Below, piece by piece: positions 39,656-49,599 of a stretch of 64,000 nt of DNA (its first letter is position 1; each line of letters begins with the position of its first letter). A program made the translations under genes and the position numbers. The DNA is from Longimicrobiales bacterium (GTDB taxonomy: Bacteria > Gemmatimonadota > Gemmatimonadetes > Longimicrobiales > Gaopeijiaceae), in contig CBDAON010000004.1 in NCBI GenBank assembly GCA_965198065.1, positions 2,144,001-2,208,000 of the forward strand. Reading direction: 5' to 3'. The notes under the pieces are model-generated. The model saw only the letters and a program-made list of their open reading frames with translations, was not told the origin of the DNA and searched no databases.

Positions 39656-40319
39656 TGGCCCGCGGAGCGCGCCCGCAAAGGAGCCCCAGGAGCAGTCCGT
39701 TGCAGAGATGCGCCAGATAGGGGTCGGCCTCGGAGGACCCGACCTCGAGGAGGGCCGATACGACCGGGACGCGGCGGATCGGCGAGAGGGGCTCGAGGGA
39801 CCGAAAGAGGCCCCCCGCGGGAGCCAGCGCGTAGTCGAGGGTTCCGGTGAGCGCCCCCTTGAGGAGGGGGCCTCCCGGCAAGTACGGGTCGATCAGCGCC
39901 GCATAAATCAGCCCCCGCCCGGCACCGCCGAGGAGCTCGTCGAGCGGGTCCTGGTCGTCCTCCCGCTCGTCGGCTCTCCGCGAGCCCCCCAGCTCACGGG
40001 CGGCGAAGACCAACGCGGCGGCGGCGGCTCCGGCGAGAGCCCCGCGGGCGAGGCGCCAGCTCGACGGCCGATGGGTGACGAGACGCTTCGCGAGCACTGC
40101 GCCGAGAAGCGCCGCGGAGCCCCCCGCGAGCAGGCCCAACGGGTACGTAGTTCCCTCGGGACCGCCCGGTGCGGAGGCGCTGCCCCTCCGTCCGCGGGAG
40201 TCGTTGGGTGGTCTGGGAGAGCGCGGGCGCTCCGGGTCCGAGGGTCCCGGAAACGCCGACGCGACACTTTCGACGGCACGCCCGAGCGTGTACCAAAGCG
40301 AGCGGTCCGTCGGCGGCAT
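39627..40319 (-). CDS. Hypothetical membrane protein
   Basis: 230-aa ORF with several hydrophobic segments. Confidence 0.6.
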   Translation of the reverse strand: MPPTDRSLWYTLGRAVESVASAFPGPSDPERPRSPRPPNDSRGRRGSASAPGGPEGTTYPLGLLAGGSAALLGAVLAKRLVTHRPSSWRLARGALAGAAAAALVFAARELGGSRRADEREDDQDPLDELLGGAGRGLIYAALIDPYLPGGPLLKGALTGTLDYALAPAGGLFRSLEPLSPIRRVPVVSALLEVGSSEADPYLAHLCNGLLLGLLCGRAPRAIRGRRAGES

Positions 40320-40417
40320 GCGAGGCTCCTCGGGGAGGGAATGGCTTGAAAGATCGTGGGGATCGAAGTTGTTGGAAACCTGCGGGCCGGGCCGCTGAGG
40401 CGGGCCGCACCCTCCCA

Positions 40418-43387
40418 GTGGCGGGACGGGCGTTTGCGGTCCTCCTCACCGCGTTTTCCCTGCCGGGCCTGGCCTCCGGCCAGATCCCCCCTCCCGACGA
40501 CGTGTACGTCACGCTCCGGACGGCGCACTTCAGGGTGACCTTTCCCGAGGACCTGGAGGAGCTCGGCCGGCGGGCGGCGGGCCACGCCGAAACCGCGTAC
40601 GAGCTCTTCTCCACGGGTTTCTTCGAGCCTCCCGGGACGGTCGATCTCTTAGTCACCGACCGGTCGGACCTGTCCATCGGCTTCGCGCGCGTCTTCCCGA
40701 CACTCCGAATCACGATCTGGGCGCAGCCACCCGTGGAGGGGCTCGCGCTCTCGCACTACGACGACTGGCTCGCGCTCATGGTGACGCACGAGGTGGCCCA
40801 CGCCTTCCACCTGGATTACGCGGGAGCGCCAGGGCGCCTGCTCCGTGGTGTTTTCAGACGGGTGCCGGAGCGCTGGCCCTACTTCTCGGCGCAAACGGTC
40901 CCGCTTCTCGCGATCGAGGGGATCGCGGTGCACGAGGAATTCCATAGCCACGGGAGCGGGCGGCTCGAGGGGACCCTGAACGAGGCGATCGTGCGGACCC
41001 GCTGGGCTGACGGAATCGCGGAATCGGTGGACCAGGGGATCGGGGCCTCGCCGATCTGGCCCGGGCGGGACCGGAGGTATGTGCATGGGGGACTGTTCTT
41101 CCAGCACCTCGCCGATACACGCGGCCAGGACGCGGTCGTCCGATTCCTCCGACTGGCGGCGGAGCAGTGGATTCCGTATCGCCTAGACGCGGCTGCCAGG
41201 GAGGCCTTCGGGAGCTCACTCGAGGCGCTCTGGGACGAGTGGATGGGGGAGGTGGCGAGAGAGACACAGGACCTTCGGGCGCGGATCGAGCGCGGACCTC
41301 GCGGGACGAGTCGGGCGCAGATCCTGACGGCGGGGGGCGCCTTCGCAGTCTACGCTGCGGCCGGTCTCGGGGGCCGAGTCGCCTACATCCGGAGCGACGA
41401 GCAGAGCGACATCCAGCTTCGCCTGCTCGCCGACGGGGAAGACCGCTCCCTCGGCCGCTGGAACACGGTGCTCGCGCCTCCCCGGTGGACGCCGGAGGGG
41501 GATCTCGTCGTGCCCCAGGCCGACTACGTGGACAGCTACCGGCTCCACCGGGACCTCTACGTCGTCACCCCCGAGGGGTCCGTGACCCGGCTCACGCGCG
41601 GTCTCCGGGTCGTCCACGCGGACCCGCACCCCGCGGGCGGGGGCTTCGCCGCCGTGCTCGGCGAGGCGGGAACGAACCGTCTCGCGCGCCTTGCCACCGA
41701 CGGCACCCTGGCGAGCGTCATTCGGGAAGCGGAGCCGGGGGTTCACTGGAGCTTCCCCGCGTGGTCCCCGGACGGCTCCCACCTCGCGGTCGTGCGAAGG
41801 GCCCTGGGGGGAGGGGCCTCGCTCCTCCTGCTGGACCCGGAGGGGGCCGTGATCGAGGAGATTGCCAGGGAGCCGGGCGTGCTCGCGGCTCCTTCCTGGG
41901 GACCGGGAGGCGAGTCTCTGGTCTGGAGCTCGGACCGGAGCGGCGTGCCGAATCTCTATGGGGTCCGGTTCCAGCCCGGCGACAGATCGCCGGGACCGGT
42001 GCGTCAGATCACAGACCTGGTCACCGCGGGAATCTTCCCGTCCGTCGATCCCCGGGGAGAATGGATTTACCTGTCGGTGCTGGGGAGCGCGGGGTGGGAG
42101 CTCGCGCGGATTCCGTACGCCCCCGACTCGTGGTCTGATCCCGCGCCGCTCCTGGAGCGTTACGAAGGGCTCCTGCCCTCCGGTCCACTGGACCCGGGAT
42201 CGTCGGGTGCGGGCCTTCCACCACCCGGACTCGAGGGAGCCACGATCGCCCCGTACTCGGCTCTGCTGACGCTCCTCCCCCGGTACTGGCGGCCGATCCG
42301 TCTGGAGGGAGAGGTGTCCGACGGTGTGAGGGTCCTGCCCGATCTGTGGGGGCTTCGGACCTCGGGATCCGACCTCGTCGGCCGGCACGCCTTCACCCTG
42401 GAGGTGGGGGTGCCCCTCTCGAAGCCGACGGACCGTGCCGAGGGGGCCGCGCACTATTCCTGGGCGGGGCTGGGAAACCCCGTGCTCCATTTTGAGACGG
42501 GTCAGAGCTGGGAGTTCTGGGGCAGGGTGGCCGCGCCCGGGGAAGACGGCGCTCCTGCCATGACCCTCGTCTCCCTTCGGCGGGAGCGGTTCGTCGGAGC
42601 CGCGGCAGAGCTCACTCGGAGGCGCCTTCGGGGGACCACGTTCGTGTCCGTGCGCGGGCGCTGGATCCGCCAGCACCGCGAGACGGTGGACGGGAAGGAG
42701 AGCGACCTCATGCCTTTCGTCGTTCGCTCGCCGTCCCTCCTCGAGGCACGGCTCTCCGCGGGTCTCTCCACTATCCGTTCCTTCCCGTTTTCCGTCTCCA
42801 CCCAGGAAGGGATCTCGCTCGGGATCGGGGCCCGGAGGCGCTGGGACCGATCTGTTTCGGCCGGACGATCGGGCGAAGAGGGCGTGGATGGGTCGTTCGA
42901 CGAGGTGACCGCGGTGTTTCGGGCCTACCGGGGCTTTCGGGGGCCGGGATACGCGCCCCACGTGCTCGCGGTGCGGGTCGCGGGCGGAATCGGGCGGGGG
43001 CCCGGAGCCGGGGACTCGCACTTCTTCCTGGGCGGAGCCGACCGGTTTCTTCCGGTGCGAGGCTTTGCACCCGGATCGCTCGCGGCCTCCACTGCCTGGT
43101 CCGCTTCCGCGGAATGGCGGTTTCCCGTGGCCCTGATAAACCGGGGATTCGGAGCGTGGCCCGTCCACGCGGACCGCCTGTCTGGCGCGGTCTTCTGGGA
43201 TTGGGCGGGAGGACGCGTCCGAGCTGGGGGTCGGGCGGAATGGGACGCCCTAGACTCCTTCGGAGCGGAGCTCACTCTTGTCTACTCGCTCTGGTTCGAG
43301 GAGCCGGGGCGGGTGCGTTTCGGAGTGGCCTTCAACCCCGAAACGAGCGACGCTTCCGCGTACGTAACTTCCGGTTGGTCGTTCTGA
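40418..43387 (+). CDS. Outer membrane protein: HExxH peptidase-like domain + PD40/TolB-like propeller + Omp85-like barrel
   Basis: Signal peptide, THEVAH, PAWSPDG/PSWGP repeats, VRGF motif, terminal GWSF; start uncertain. Confidence 0.78.
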   Translation: MAGRAFAVLLTAFSLPGLASGQIPPPDDVYVTLRTAHFRVTFPEDLEELGRRAAGHAETAYELFSTGFFEPPGTVDLLVTDRSDLSIGFARVFPTLRITIWAQPPVEGLALSHYDDWLALMVTHEVAHAFHLDYAGAPGRLLRGVFRRVPERWPYFSAQTVPLLAIEGIAVHEEFHSHGSGRLEGTLNEAIVRTRWADGIAESVDQGIGASPIWPGRDRRYVHGGLFFQHLADTRGQDAVVRFLRLAAEQWIPYRLDAAAREAFGSSLEALWDEWMGEVARETQDLRARIERGPRGTSRAQILTAGGAFAVYAAAGLGGRVAYIRSDEQSDIQLRLLADGEDRSLGRWNTVLAPPRWTPEGDLVVPQADYVDSYRLHRDLYVVTPEGSVTRLTRGLRVVHADPHPAGGGFAAVLGEAGTNRLARLATDGTLASVIREAEPGVHWSFPAWSPDGSHLAVVRRALGGGASLLLLDPEGAVIEEIAREPGVLAAPSWGPGGESLVWSSDRSGVPNLYGVRFQPGDRSPGPVRQITDLVTAGIFPSVDPRGEWIYLSVLGSAGWELARIPYAPDSWSDPAPLLERYEGLLPSGPLDPGSSGAGLPPPGLEGATIAPYSALLTLLPRYWRPIRLEGEVSDGVRVLPDLWGLRTSGSDLVGRHAFTLEVGVPLSKPTDRAEGAAHYSWAGLGNPVLHFETGQSWEFWGRVAAPGEDGAPAMTLVSLRRERFVGAAAELTRRRLRGTTFVSVRGRWIRQHRETVDGKESDLMPFVVRSPSLLEARLSAGLSTIRSFPFSVSTQEGISLGIGARRRWDRSVSAGRSGEEGVDGSFDEVTAVFRAYRGFRGPGYAPHVLAVRVAGGIGRGPGAGDSHFFLGGADRFLPVRGFAPGSLAASTAWSASAEWRFPVALINRGFGAWPVHADRLSGAVFWDWAGGRVRAGGRAEWDALDSFGAELTLVYSLWFEEPGRVRFGVAFNPETSDASAYVTSGWSF

Positions 43388-43431
43388 GCCCAGGCCTTTC
43401 CCAGGCATGGCGAGATCTGTCAGCTTTTCCC

Positions 43432-43483
43432 TTGACCCACTATATGTCGTGTCCTATTCTAGGGGTCACGCCAGATTTTGTAT
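43432..43483 (+). promoter_or_regulatory. Sigma70 promoter overlapped by tandem NrdR boxes
   Basis: TTGACC(43432)-N17-TATTCT(43455). Boxes CCACTATATGTCGTGT (43437-43452) and ACGCCAGATTTTGTAT (43468-43483) start 31 bp apart. Confidence 0.82.
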
Positions 43484-43648
43484 CGTGGCCGCCGGCTTTC
43501 CACACAAGGACCGGCTGAGGGCGGGCGAATCGGCCGGTTTTCCACGTCTCTCCCGTGGCTTTCCACGCCGTTCCCACGCCGTCGAGCGGGTGGGGAGTCC
43601 TTTCGCTGGCCACTTTTGAGCCGACGCACGACCACGGAGCACCGCACG

Positions 43649-46600
43649 ATGCACTCCAGCAAGGATCGCCCCGCCGGAAGCGACAGTTCGGCCCTCCACG
43701 GGCGGGTCCCCGAAGACCTCCCCCCGGCCGCCCTCAGCGAGAACGCGAGGACCGTGCTCGCCAAACGCTACCTGACGAAGGACGAAGAGGGGAATCCGAT
43801 CGAAGAGCCCGAGACGATGTTCTGGAGGGTAGCCCGGGTCATCGCGGGGGCGGACCGCGCGTACGGGGCGTCGGATGCGGCGATCGAGGAGCTGGCCCGG
43901 CAGTTCTACGACCTCATGGCGACTGGCAAGTTCGAGCCGAACTCTCCCACGCTCATGAACGCCGGGCGCCCCCTGGGGCAGCTCTCGGCCTGCTTCGTTT
44001 TGCCGGTAGATGACGCCCTTTCGAACGGGCGGAGCGGGATCTACGACACGCTGAAGGCGATGGCACTCGTTCATCAGTCGGGTGGGGGGTGCGTATCGGG
44101 GGACGCGCAGGTCCACACGACGTTCTGCGGCGTGGAGACCATCGAGCAGCTCTACGGTCGCGTGCGTTCGTCGGGCGTCGAGGAGATGGTGGGTGAGGAT
44201 CACCGCATCATGGACGTCCAGCCCCTGGACATCCGCACGATGGCGCTGGACCCCCTGACGGGGAGCTTCCAGCCCAAGCAGGTCACCCACCTTTGGCGGT
44301 GGGAGGTCCCCGCCGAGCATCAGTGGCGGATCCGCTGCACGGACGGGAGCGAGGTGACGACGAGCGCCTGGCATCCGTTCCTGGTGCTCACGCCCGACGG
44401 GATCCAGGACCAGCGGGCAGACGCGCTTCGCCCCGGGAACGTCCTGGTCGGCCCGAACGCCTCCGTCCGGAACGCGTGGCCGGTCAGGGAACGGAGGGTG
44501 GTCGCCGGGCTGCCGGTGGACGAGGGGCTCGCCTGGCTCGCCGGCCACTTCCTGGGCTCGGGGAGACTGGACCGCTTCGGGCGACGGACGAACGGGAGCG
44601 GGCCGCTCCGGCTCCGGCTCGAGGGAGGGAAGGAGAGCATCGATCGGGCTTCCGTCCTGCTGGCCCGGCATGGCGCGAGGGTCGCGCCCCGGATCGAGAG
44701 CCGGGGTCGATGGTCCGTCCGTACGACCCATCGCACCTTCGTTCCCGCGTTCGCCGGGATCGTCGAGTCCCGTCCGGCTCACCAGGACGAGAAGACCTTG
44801 CCCGAGTGGGTCGGGAAATCCCCCCTCCCCGTGGTTGCCGCATTCCTCGGAGGGCTGGTCGACTCGGGGTGCACGATCAGCACCGAGCGCGAGCGGGTCG
44901 TCCTCTCGGCTTCGAGCCGCCTGCTCGCACGCCGTCTCGTCTCCCTCCTGAGCGTCCTGGGCTTCGACCCGTCGCTCCGCAAGATGTCCAGGGCGGACGG
45001 CTTGAAGGAATACCGGGTCTGGCTCGCGAGCCCCGAGAGGAATGCCGACCTCGTCACGTTCATCGAGGGATGGGTGCACGATATGTCGCACGGCCGGAAG
45101 ATCGACGTCCTCCGGGAGCGCTCGCGACGTGCCCGAAGCGCAGGCCCCGGCCTCGGGGACTCGACCCTCGAGACCCTACGCCGGGCCGCGGAGCTCGGGG
45201 ATTCGGCCGTCGAGGCGCTCGCGCCCGTGGCGGGCGGTCGTGCGACGGTTGCCTCGGTGGAGCCGGCGTCCGAGCCCCGGGACTTTTACGACTTCACGGT
45301 CGAAGACCACAACAACTACCTGGCCGGGGGGGGTAGTGGGAAGTTTCTCGTCATCCACAACACCGGCTTCGCCTTCTCGCGCATTCGGCCCAGGGGGGAC
45401 ACGGTCCGCTCCACGATGGGGGTCGCTTCGGGGCCGGTTTCCTTCATGCGCCTCTACGACGCGTCCACGGAGGTCGTGAAGCAAGGCGGCACCCGTCGCG
45501 GTGCGAACATGGGGATCCTCCGGGTGGACCACCCCGACATTCGCGAGTTCATCACCTGCAAGGACGACCCGTCCCAGGTCACGAACTTCAACATCTCCGT
45601 CGCCATCACGGACCGGTTCATGGAGGCCGTGCGCACGGCCTCCGAGTACGACCTCGTGAACCCGCGCACGGGCGAAGTTGTCCGCCGCGAGAACGCGCGC
45701 GAGATCTTCGACATGATCGTGCACGGCGCCTGGAAGACCGGCGAGCCGGGCGTGTTCTTCATCGATCGGGCGAACGAGTACAACCCGGTTCCGGACCTGG
45801 GGAGCTACGAAGCGACAAATCCGTGCGGCGAGCAACCGCTCCTTTCCTACGACGTTTGCAACCTCGGAAGCCTGAACGTCGGAGCCTTCGTCAAGGCAGA
45901 CGCGCCGGCCGACGCGACCCCCGACGAGCGGATCGACTGGGAGGAGATGGCCGCCGCCGTCCGCCTCTCCACGCACTTCCTGGACAATGTCATCGACGCG
46001 AACAGATACCCGCTCCCCGCGATCGAGGAGCTCGCGCAGGAGATCCGCCGGATCGGTCTCGGCGTCATGGGGTGGGCCGACCTCCTCGGGCGGGTGGGAG
46101 TCCCCTACGACTCCGAGGAAGGGGTCGAGCTCGGACGAAAGGTCATGCGGTTCGTGAACGAGGAGGGAGAGCAGGCCTCCGAAAAGCTGGCCACGGTTCG
46201 CGGTGTGTTCCCGGCGTGGGAGCACTCGACCTGGGGACCCGACACTACGGCTGCCCGACGTCCGGACGGAGTCCGGGTTCACCCGGAGCGGCGTCTCCGA
46301 AACTGCAATATCACGACGGTCGCGCCCACGGGCACGATCTCGATTTTCGCCGGATGCTCGGGGGGGATCGAGCCCCTCTTTGCGGTGGCATTCATGCGGA
46401 ACCAGGCTGGTGCCATGATGCCGGACGTGAACGAGGACTTCGTCAGGATCGCGAAGGAGCAGGGGTGGTACTCCGAGCCGCTCATGGAGCGGATCGCGTC
46501 CGATGGGCACATCCACTTCGACGAGGTTCCGGCCGACGTGCAGCGCGTGTTTGTGACCTCGCACGACATCAGCCCGGAGTGGCATGTGAGGATGCAGGCG

Positions 46601-47461
46601 GCCTTTCAGGACCATACCCACAGCGCCATCTCCAAGACGACCAACTTCCCCCACCAGGCCACGGAGAAGGACGTGTGCGAGATCTACGAGCTGGCCTTCG
46701 AGCTCGGATGCAAAGGAGTGACCGTGTATCGGGACGGCTCGAGGCCGATGCAGGTGCTCTCGACAGGGAGGACGGAGAATAGCGAGGCGACGGACCAGGA
46801 GAAGGCCGGGCTCGAGCAGCAGCTCGCGGACTCGCGCGAGGAGAATCACCGGCTGCACATCGAGATCGAGCGGCTCCAGCGAGCCATCGAGGAGCGCGAC
46901 GAGGACGCCCGCGCCGGGCGGCACAAGCGGCAACGGCCCCAGCTCCTGAAGGGCCGGACCGTGAAGATGAACTCACCCCTCGGCGACCTGTACGTCACGA
47001 TCAACGAGGACGAGCAGGGTCGTGCCTTCGAGGTGTTCTGCACGCTCGGCAAGGCTGGGGGCGCTGCCATGGCCGACACGGAGGCGATCGGCCGTCTCGC
47101 CTCGCTAGCGCTCCGGTCGGGGATCCCGATCACGGCGGTCCGGGATCAGCTCCGCGGGATCTCGTGCGATCGGGCGGTCGGCGTGGGGCCGACCAAGATT
47201 CTGTCCGCACCCGATGCGGTGGCGCAGGCGATCGACCGGTATGTTGCGGAACGCGAGGGGGTACAGGAGGAGCTTCCCATCGCGCCCCCGGTGCGGGTGA
47301 GCGGTCATCCCGCCACCCGGCCGCAGGCGCGAACGGCGCTCTCCCCTGCGCAGATGGACCAATCGTTTCTCGGGAGCTGCCCGGAATGCGGGACGGGTCA
47401 GCTGGCGTACGAGGAGGGGTGCGTGAAGTGCCGCGTGTGCGGGTACAGTGAGTGTGGGTGA
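43649..47461 (+). CDS. nrdJ: Class II (adenosylcobalamin-dependent) ribonucleotide reductase, intein-containing, with C-terminal TSCPD-like domain and Zn ribbon
   Basis: PNSPTLMNAG, SACFV, RRGANMG, TNPCGEQ, VCNLGS, APTGTIS, KGVTVYRDGSR; terminal CPEC...CxxCGYSECG. Confidence 0.95.
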   Translation: MHSSKDRPAGSDSSALHGRVPEDLPPAALSENARTVLAKRYLTKDEEGNPIEEPETMFWRVARVIAGADRAYGASDAAIEELARQFYDLMATGKFEPNSPTLMNAGRPLGQLSACFVLPVDDALSNGRSGIYDTLKAMALVHQSGGGCVSGDAQVHTTFCGVETIEQLYGRVRSSGVEEMVGEDHRIMDVQPLDIRTMALDPLTGSFQPKQVTHLWRWEVPAEHQWRIRCTDGSEVTTSAWHPFLVLTPDGIQDQRADALRPGNVLVGPNASVRNAWPVRERRVVAGLPVDEGLAWLAGHFLGSGRLDRFGRRTNGSGPLRLRLEGGKESIDRASVLLARHGARVAPRIESRGRWSVRTTHRTFVPAFAGIVESRPAHQDEKTLPEWVGKSPLPVVAAFLGGLVDSGCTISTERERVVLSASSRLLARRLVSLLSVLGFDPSLRKMSRADGLKEYRVWLASPERNADLVTFIEGWVHDMSHGRKIDVLRERSRRARSAGPGLGDSTLETLRRAAELGDSAVEALAPVAGGRATVASVEPASEPRDFYDFTVEDHNNYLAGGGSGKFLVIHNTGFAFSRIRPRGDTVRSTMGVASGPVSFMRLYDASTEVVKQGGTRRGANMGILRVDHPDIREFITCKDDPSQVTNFNISVAITDRFMEAVRTASEYDLVNPRTGEVVRRENAREIFDMIVHGAWKTGEPGVFFIDRANEYNPVPDLGSYEATNPCGEQPLLSYDVCNLGSLNVGAFVKADAPADATPDERIDWEEMAAAVRLSTHFLDNVIDANRYPLPAIEELAQEIRRIGLGVMGWADLLGRVGVPYDSEEGVELGRKVMRFVNEEGEQASEKLATVRGVFPAWEHSTWGPDTTAARRPDGVRVHPERRLRNCNITTVAPTGTISIFAGCSGGIEPLFAVAFMRNQAGAMMPDVNEDFVRIAKEQGWYSEPLMERIASDGHIHFDEVPADVQRVFVTSHDISPEWHVRMQAAFQDHTHSAISKTTNFPHQATEKDVCEIYELAFELGCKGVTVYRDGSRPMQVLSTGRTENSEATDQEKAGLEQQLADSREENHRLHIEIERLQRAIEERDEDARAGRHKRQRPQLLKGRTVKMNSPLGDLYVTINEDEQGRAFEVFCTLGKAGGAAMADTEAIGRLASLALRSGIPITAVRDQLRGISCDRAVGVGPTKILSAPDAVAQAIDRYVAEREGVQEELPIAPPVRVSGHPATRPQARTALSPAQMDQSFLGSCPECGTGQLAYEEGCVKCRVCGYSECG
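44090..45361 (+). mobile_element. Intein (424 aa) with LAGLIDADG-type endonuclease domain
   Basis: In-frame insert between QSGGG and TGFAFS; begins CVSGDAQV, block B TSAWHPF, block F YDFTVEDHNNY, ends IHN before Thr+1. Confidence 0.95.
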
Positions 47462-47492
47462 GGTTAGACGGCGATGGAGGGGCGGTGCGCGC

Positions 47493-48731
47493 ATGACCGA
47501 GGACGTAGCCAGCGGAGTCCAGCGGTATCTCGACGAGGCCGAGCGCTGGAGCGCGCGAAACTACTTGCCCCTGCCCGTCGTCCTCGAGCGGGGGGAAGGG
47601 GTCTGGGTCTGGGACGTCCAGGGAAGGCGTTACCTGGACATGCTCGCCGCGTACTCCGCCCTGAACCAGGGGCACCGACACCCCCGCATCGTCGAGGCAG
47701 CGCGTGAGCAGCTGGATCGCCTGACCATCACATCGAGGGCGTTCCACAACGACCGGATGGGGCCCTTCCTGGGCGAGCTCTGCCGGCTCGCCGGATTCGA
47801 GAAGGCCCTCCCGATGAACACCGGGGCCGAGGCCGTGGAGACGGCCCTGAAGATGGTCCGGAAGTGGGGCCACGAGGTCAAGGGAGTCCCGACCGACCAG
47901 GCCGAGATCGTCGTCTGCGAAGGGAACTTCGCGGGACGTACGATCACGATCATTTCGTTCTCCTCCGAGGCGCAGTACCGGAATGGATACGGGCCCTTCA
48001 CGCCGGGGTTCCGGACGATCCCGTACGGGGACGCGAGGGCGCTCCGCGGCGCCATCAGCGACCGCACAGTCGGCTTCCTGGTCGAGCCGATCCAAGGGGA
48101 GGGCGGCGTCGTCGTGCCGCCGGACGGCTATCTGGCGGAGGTGCGAGACATCTGCGAGCGGGAAGGGGTGGCCCTCATGGCCGACGAGATCCAGACCGGG
48201 CTCGGGCGGACCGGGCGGCTCTTCTGCTGCGACTGGGAGGGTGTGCGTCCCGACGTGCTGATTATCGGCAAGGCGCTGGGCGGCGGCGTCTATCCCGTGT
48301 CTGCGGTCCTGGCCGACGCGGAGTACATGGACGTGTTCCACCCCGGGGACCACGGGTCCACCTTCGGGGGAAACCCTCTTGGCGCTGCGGTCGGGCTCGC
48401 TTCGCTTCGGGTCACCGTGGAGGAGGAGCTCCCCCGCCGCGCGTACGAGCTCGGCTCCTGGTTCATGGACCGGCTGCGGGCCGTCGGTTCGCCGCACGTG
48501 GCCGAGGTCCGCGGCAAGGGGCTCATGATCGGTGTGGTGATCAAGGATTCCTCGGGTCGGGCGCGCCCGTTCTGTGAGGCCCTGATGGAACGCGGCATCC
48601 TAGCGAAGGAAACGCACGATCAGGTGGTTCGGTTCGCGCCGCCTCTCACGATCGAAAAGGCCGTCCTCGAGGAGGCGCTCGAGGCGATCGGCCCGGTTCT
48701 CCACGGCGAGGGGGTCGAGCTCGCCAGCTGA
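47493..48731 (+). CDS. rocD: Ornithine--oxo-acid transaminase
   Basis: AYSALNQGHRHP, MNTGAEAVE, EPIQGEGG, DEIQTGLGRTG, GKALGGG, HGSTFGGNPL. Confidence 0.93.
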   Translation: MTEDVASGVQRYLDEAERWSARNYLPLPVVLERGEGVWVWDVQGRRYLDMLAAYSALNQGHRHPRIVEAAREQLDRLTITSRAFHNDRMGPFLGELCRLAGFEKALPMNTGAEAVETALKMVRKWGHEVKGVPTDQAEIVVCEGNFAGRTITIISFSSEAQYRNGYGPFTPGFRTIPYGDARALRGAISDRTVGFLVEPIQGEGGVVVPPDGYLAEVRDICEREGVALMADEIQTGLGRTGRLFCCDWEGVRPDVLIIGKALGGGVYPVSAVLADAEYMDVFHPGDHGSTFGGNPLGAAVGLASLRVTVEEELPRRAYELGSWFMDRLRAVGSPHVAEVRGKGLMIGVVIKDSSGRARPFCEALMERGILAKETHDQVVRFAPPLTIEKAVLEEALEAIGPVLHGEGVELAS

Positions 48732-48782
48732 TCGGTCGCGCTCCCGGCTGGTCCGTCACGCTCGCCGGTCGATTGGTCGAAC

Positions 48783-49061
48783 TCACCACTCGATCTGGTC
48801 CCGCTTCGACGTGTCGACCTGCTCGGCGTCCCCGTCACCGAGCAGGGCCTCGTCCACCTGCCGGTAGAGAAACTCACGGGCCTTCGGGTCACGGGGATCG
48901 AGCCCGTAATGGTTGATCAAGAGTGTCTGGTGCTGGAGCCAGTCCTTCCAGCAGGCCGCGCACACTTGCGCGCGGATTTGCTCACCTCGCTCCCCCTTGA
49001 ACGGCGGCTTTTCCAGGGCCGCCCGGTCCTCTCGGCAGCGTCTGCAGTGAATGGTCTCCAA
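48783..49061 (-). CDS. YggX-like Fe(II)-trafficking / oxidative damage protection protein
   Basis: PPFKGERG...CWKDWLQHQTLLINHYGL...AREFL; TTG start with GGAGAG RBS. Confidence 0.85.
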   Translation of the reverse strand: METIHCRRCREDRAALEKPPFKGERGEQIRAQVCAACWKDWLQHQTLLINHYGLDPRDPKAREFLYRQVDEALLGDGDAEQVDTSKRDQIEW

Positions 49062-49217
49062 CGGGCTCTCCTCGGAGAAGCAGTGGGGCCCACCTCCGGT
49101 GGACTCACGTCTCGCGAACGGGTATCTTCCCCTGCTGGCCCTGGGGCATCGATCGCTGGCCCTGGGGCTTACCTGACCACGTGTTCGGGGTTTCTTGGAT
49201 CCAAGTCGACGACGTCG

Positions 49218-49595
49218 ATGAGAGAAAGGCAGCTGACCCACCTGGAGAAGCGGCTCCTTGAGGAGCGCTCCAGGGCCCTCCGCTCCCTCGGCCTGTTCGA
49301 TCAGATGGCGAAGGCCGATCGCGAATCGCACGACTCTGATCTGGCCGCCTACACGGACCACATGGCCGACCAGGGAACCGAAGCGATGGAGCGGGAAAAG
49401 GCGGCGCTCTTCGCCACCAAGGAGGGGCGCTACCTGTATCGGATCGAGGAAGCGCTGCGTCGGCTGTACAACGATCCCAAGACCTTCGGCGTCTGCCACA
49501 CGTGCGGCGCTCCCGTGGGGTTCGAGCGGCTGGACGCCCTCCCGCACGCGCGCTACTGCATCGACTGCAAGGTTCGAGAAGAAGAGTCCGTGTGA
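49218..49595 (+). CDS. DksA/TraR C4 zinc-finger protein
   Basis: HMADQGT acidic tip, CHTC...ERLDALPHARYCIDCK. Confidence 0.9.
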   Translation: MRERQLTHLEKRLLEERSRALRSLGLFDQMAKADRESHDSDLAAYTDHMADQGTEAMEREKAALFATKEGRYLYRIEEALRRLYNDPKTFGVCHTCGAPVGFERLDALPHARYCIDCKVREEESV

Positions 49596-49599
49596 CGGT

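Noticed and set aside
43466..46933. Long antisense ORFs over nrdJ (541 and 585 aa)
   Set aside because: Shadow ORFs of a GC-rich coding strand with no recognisable motifs.
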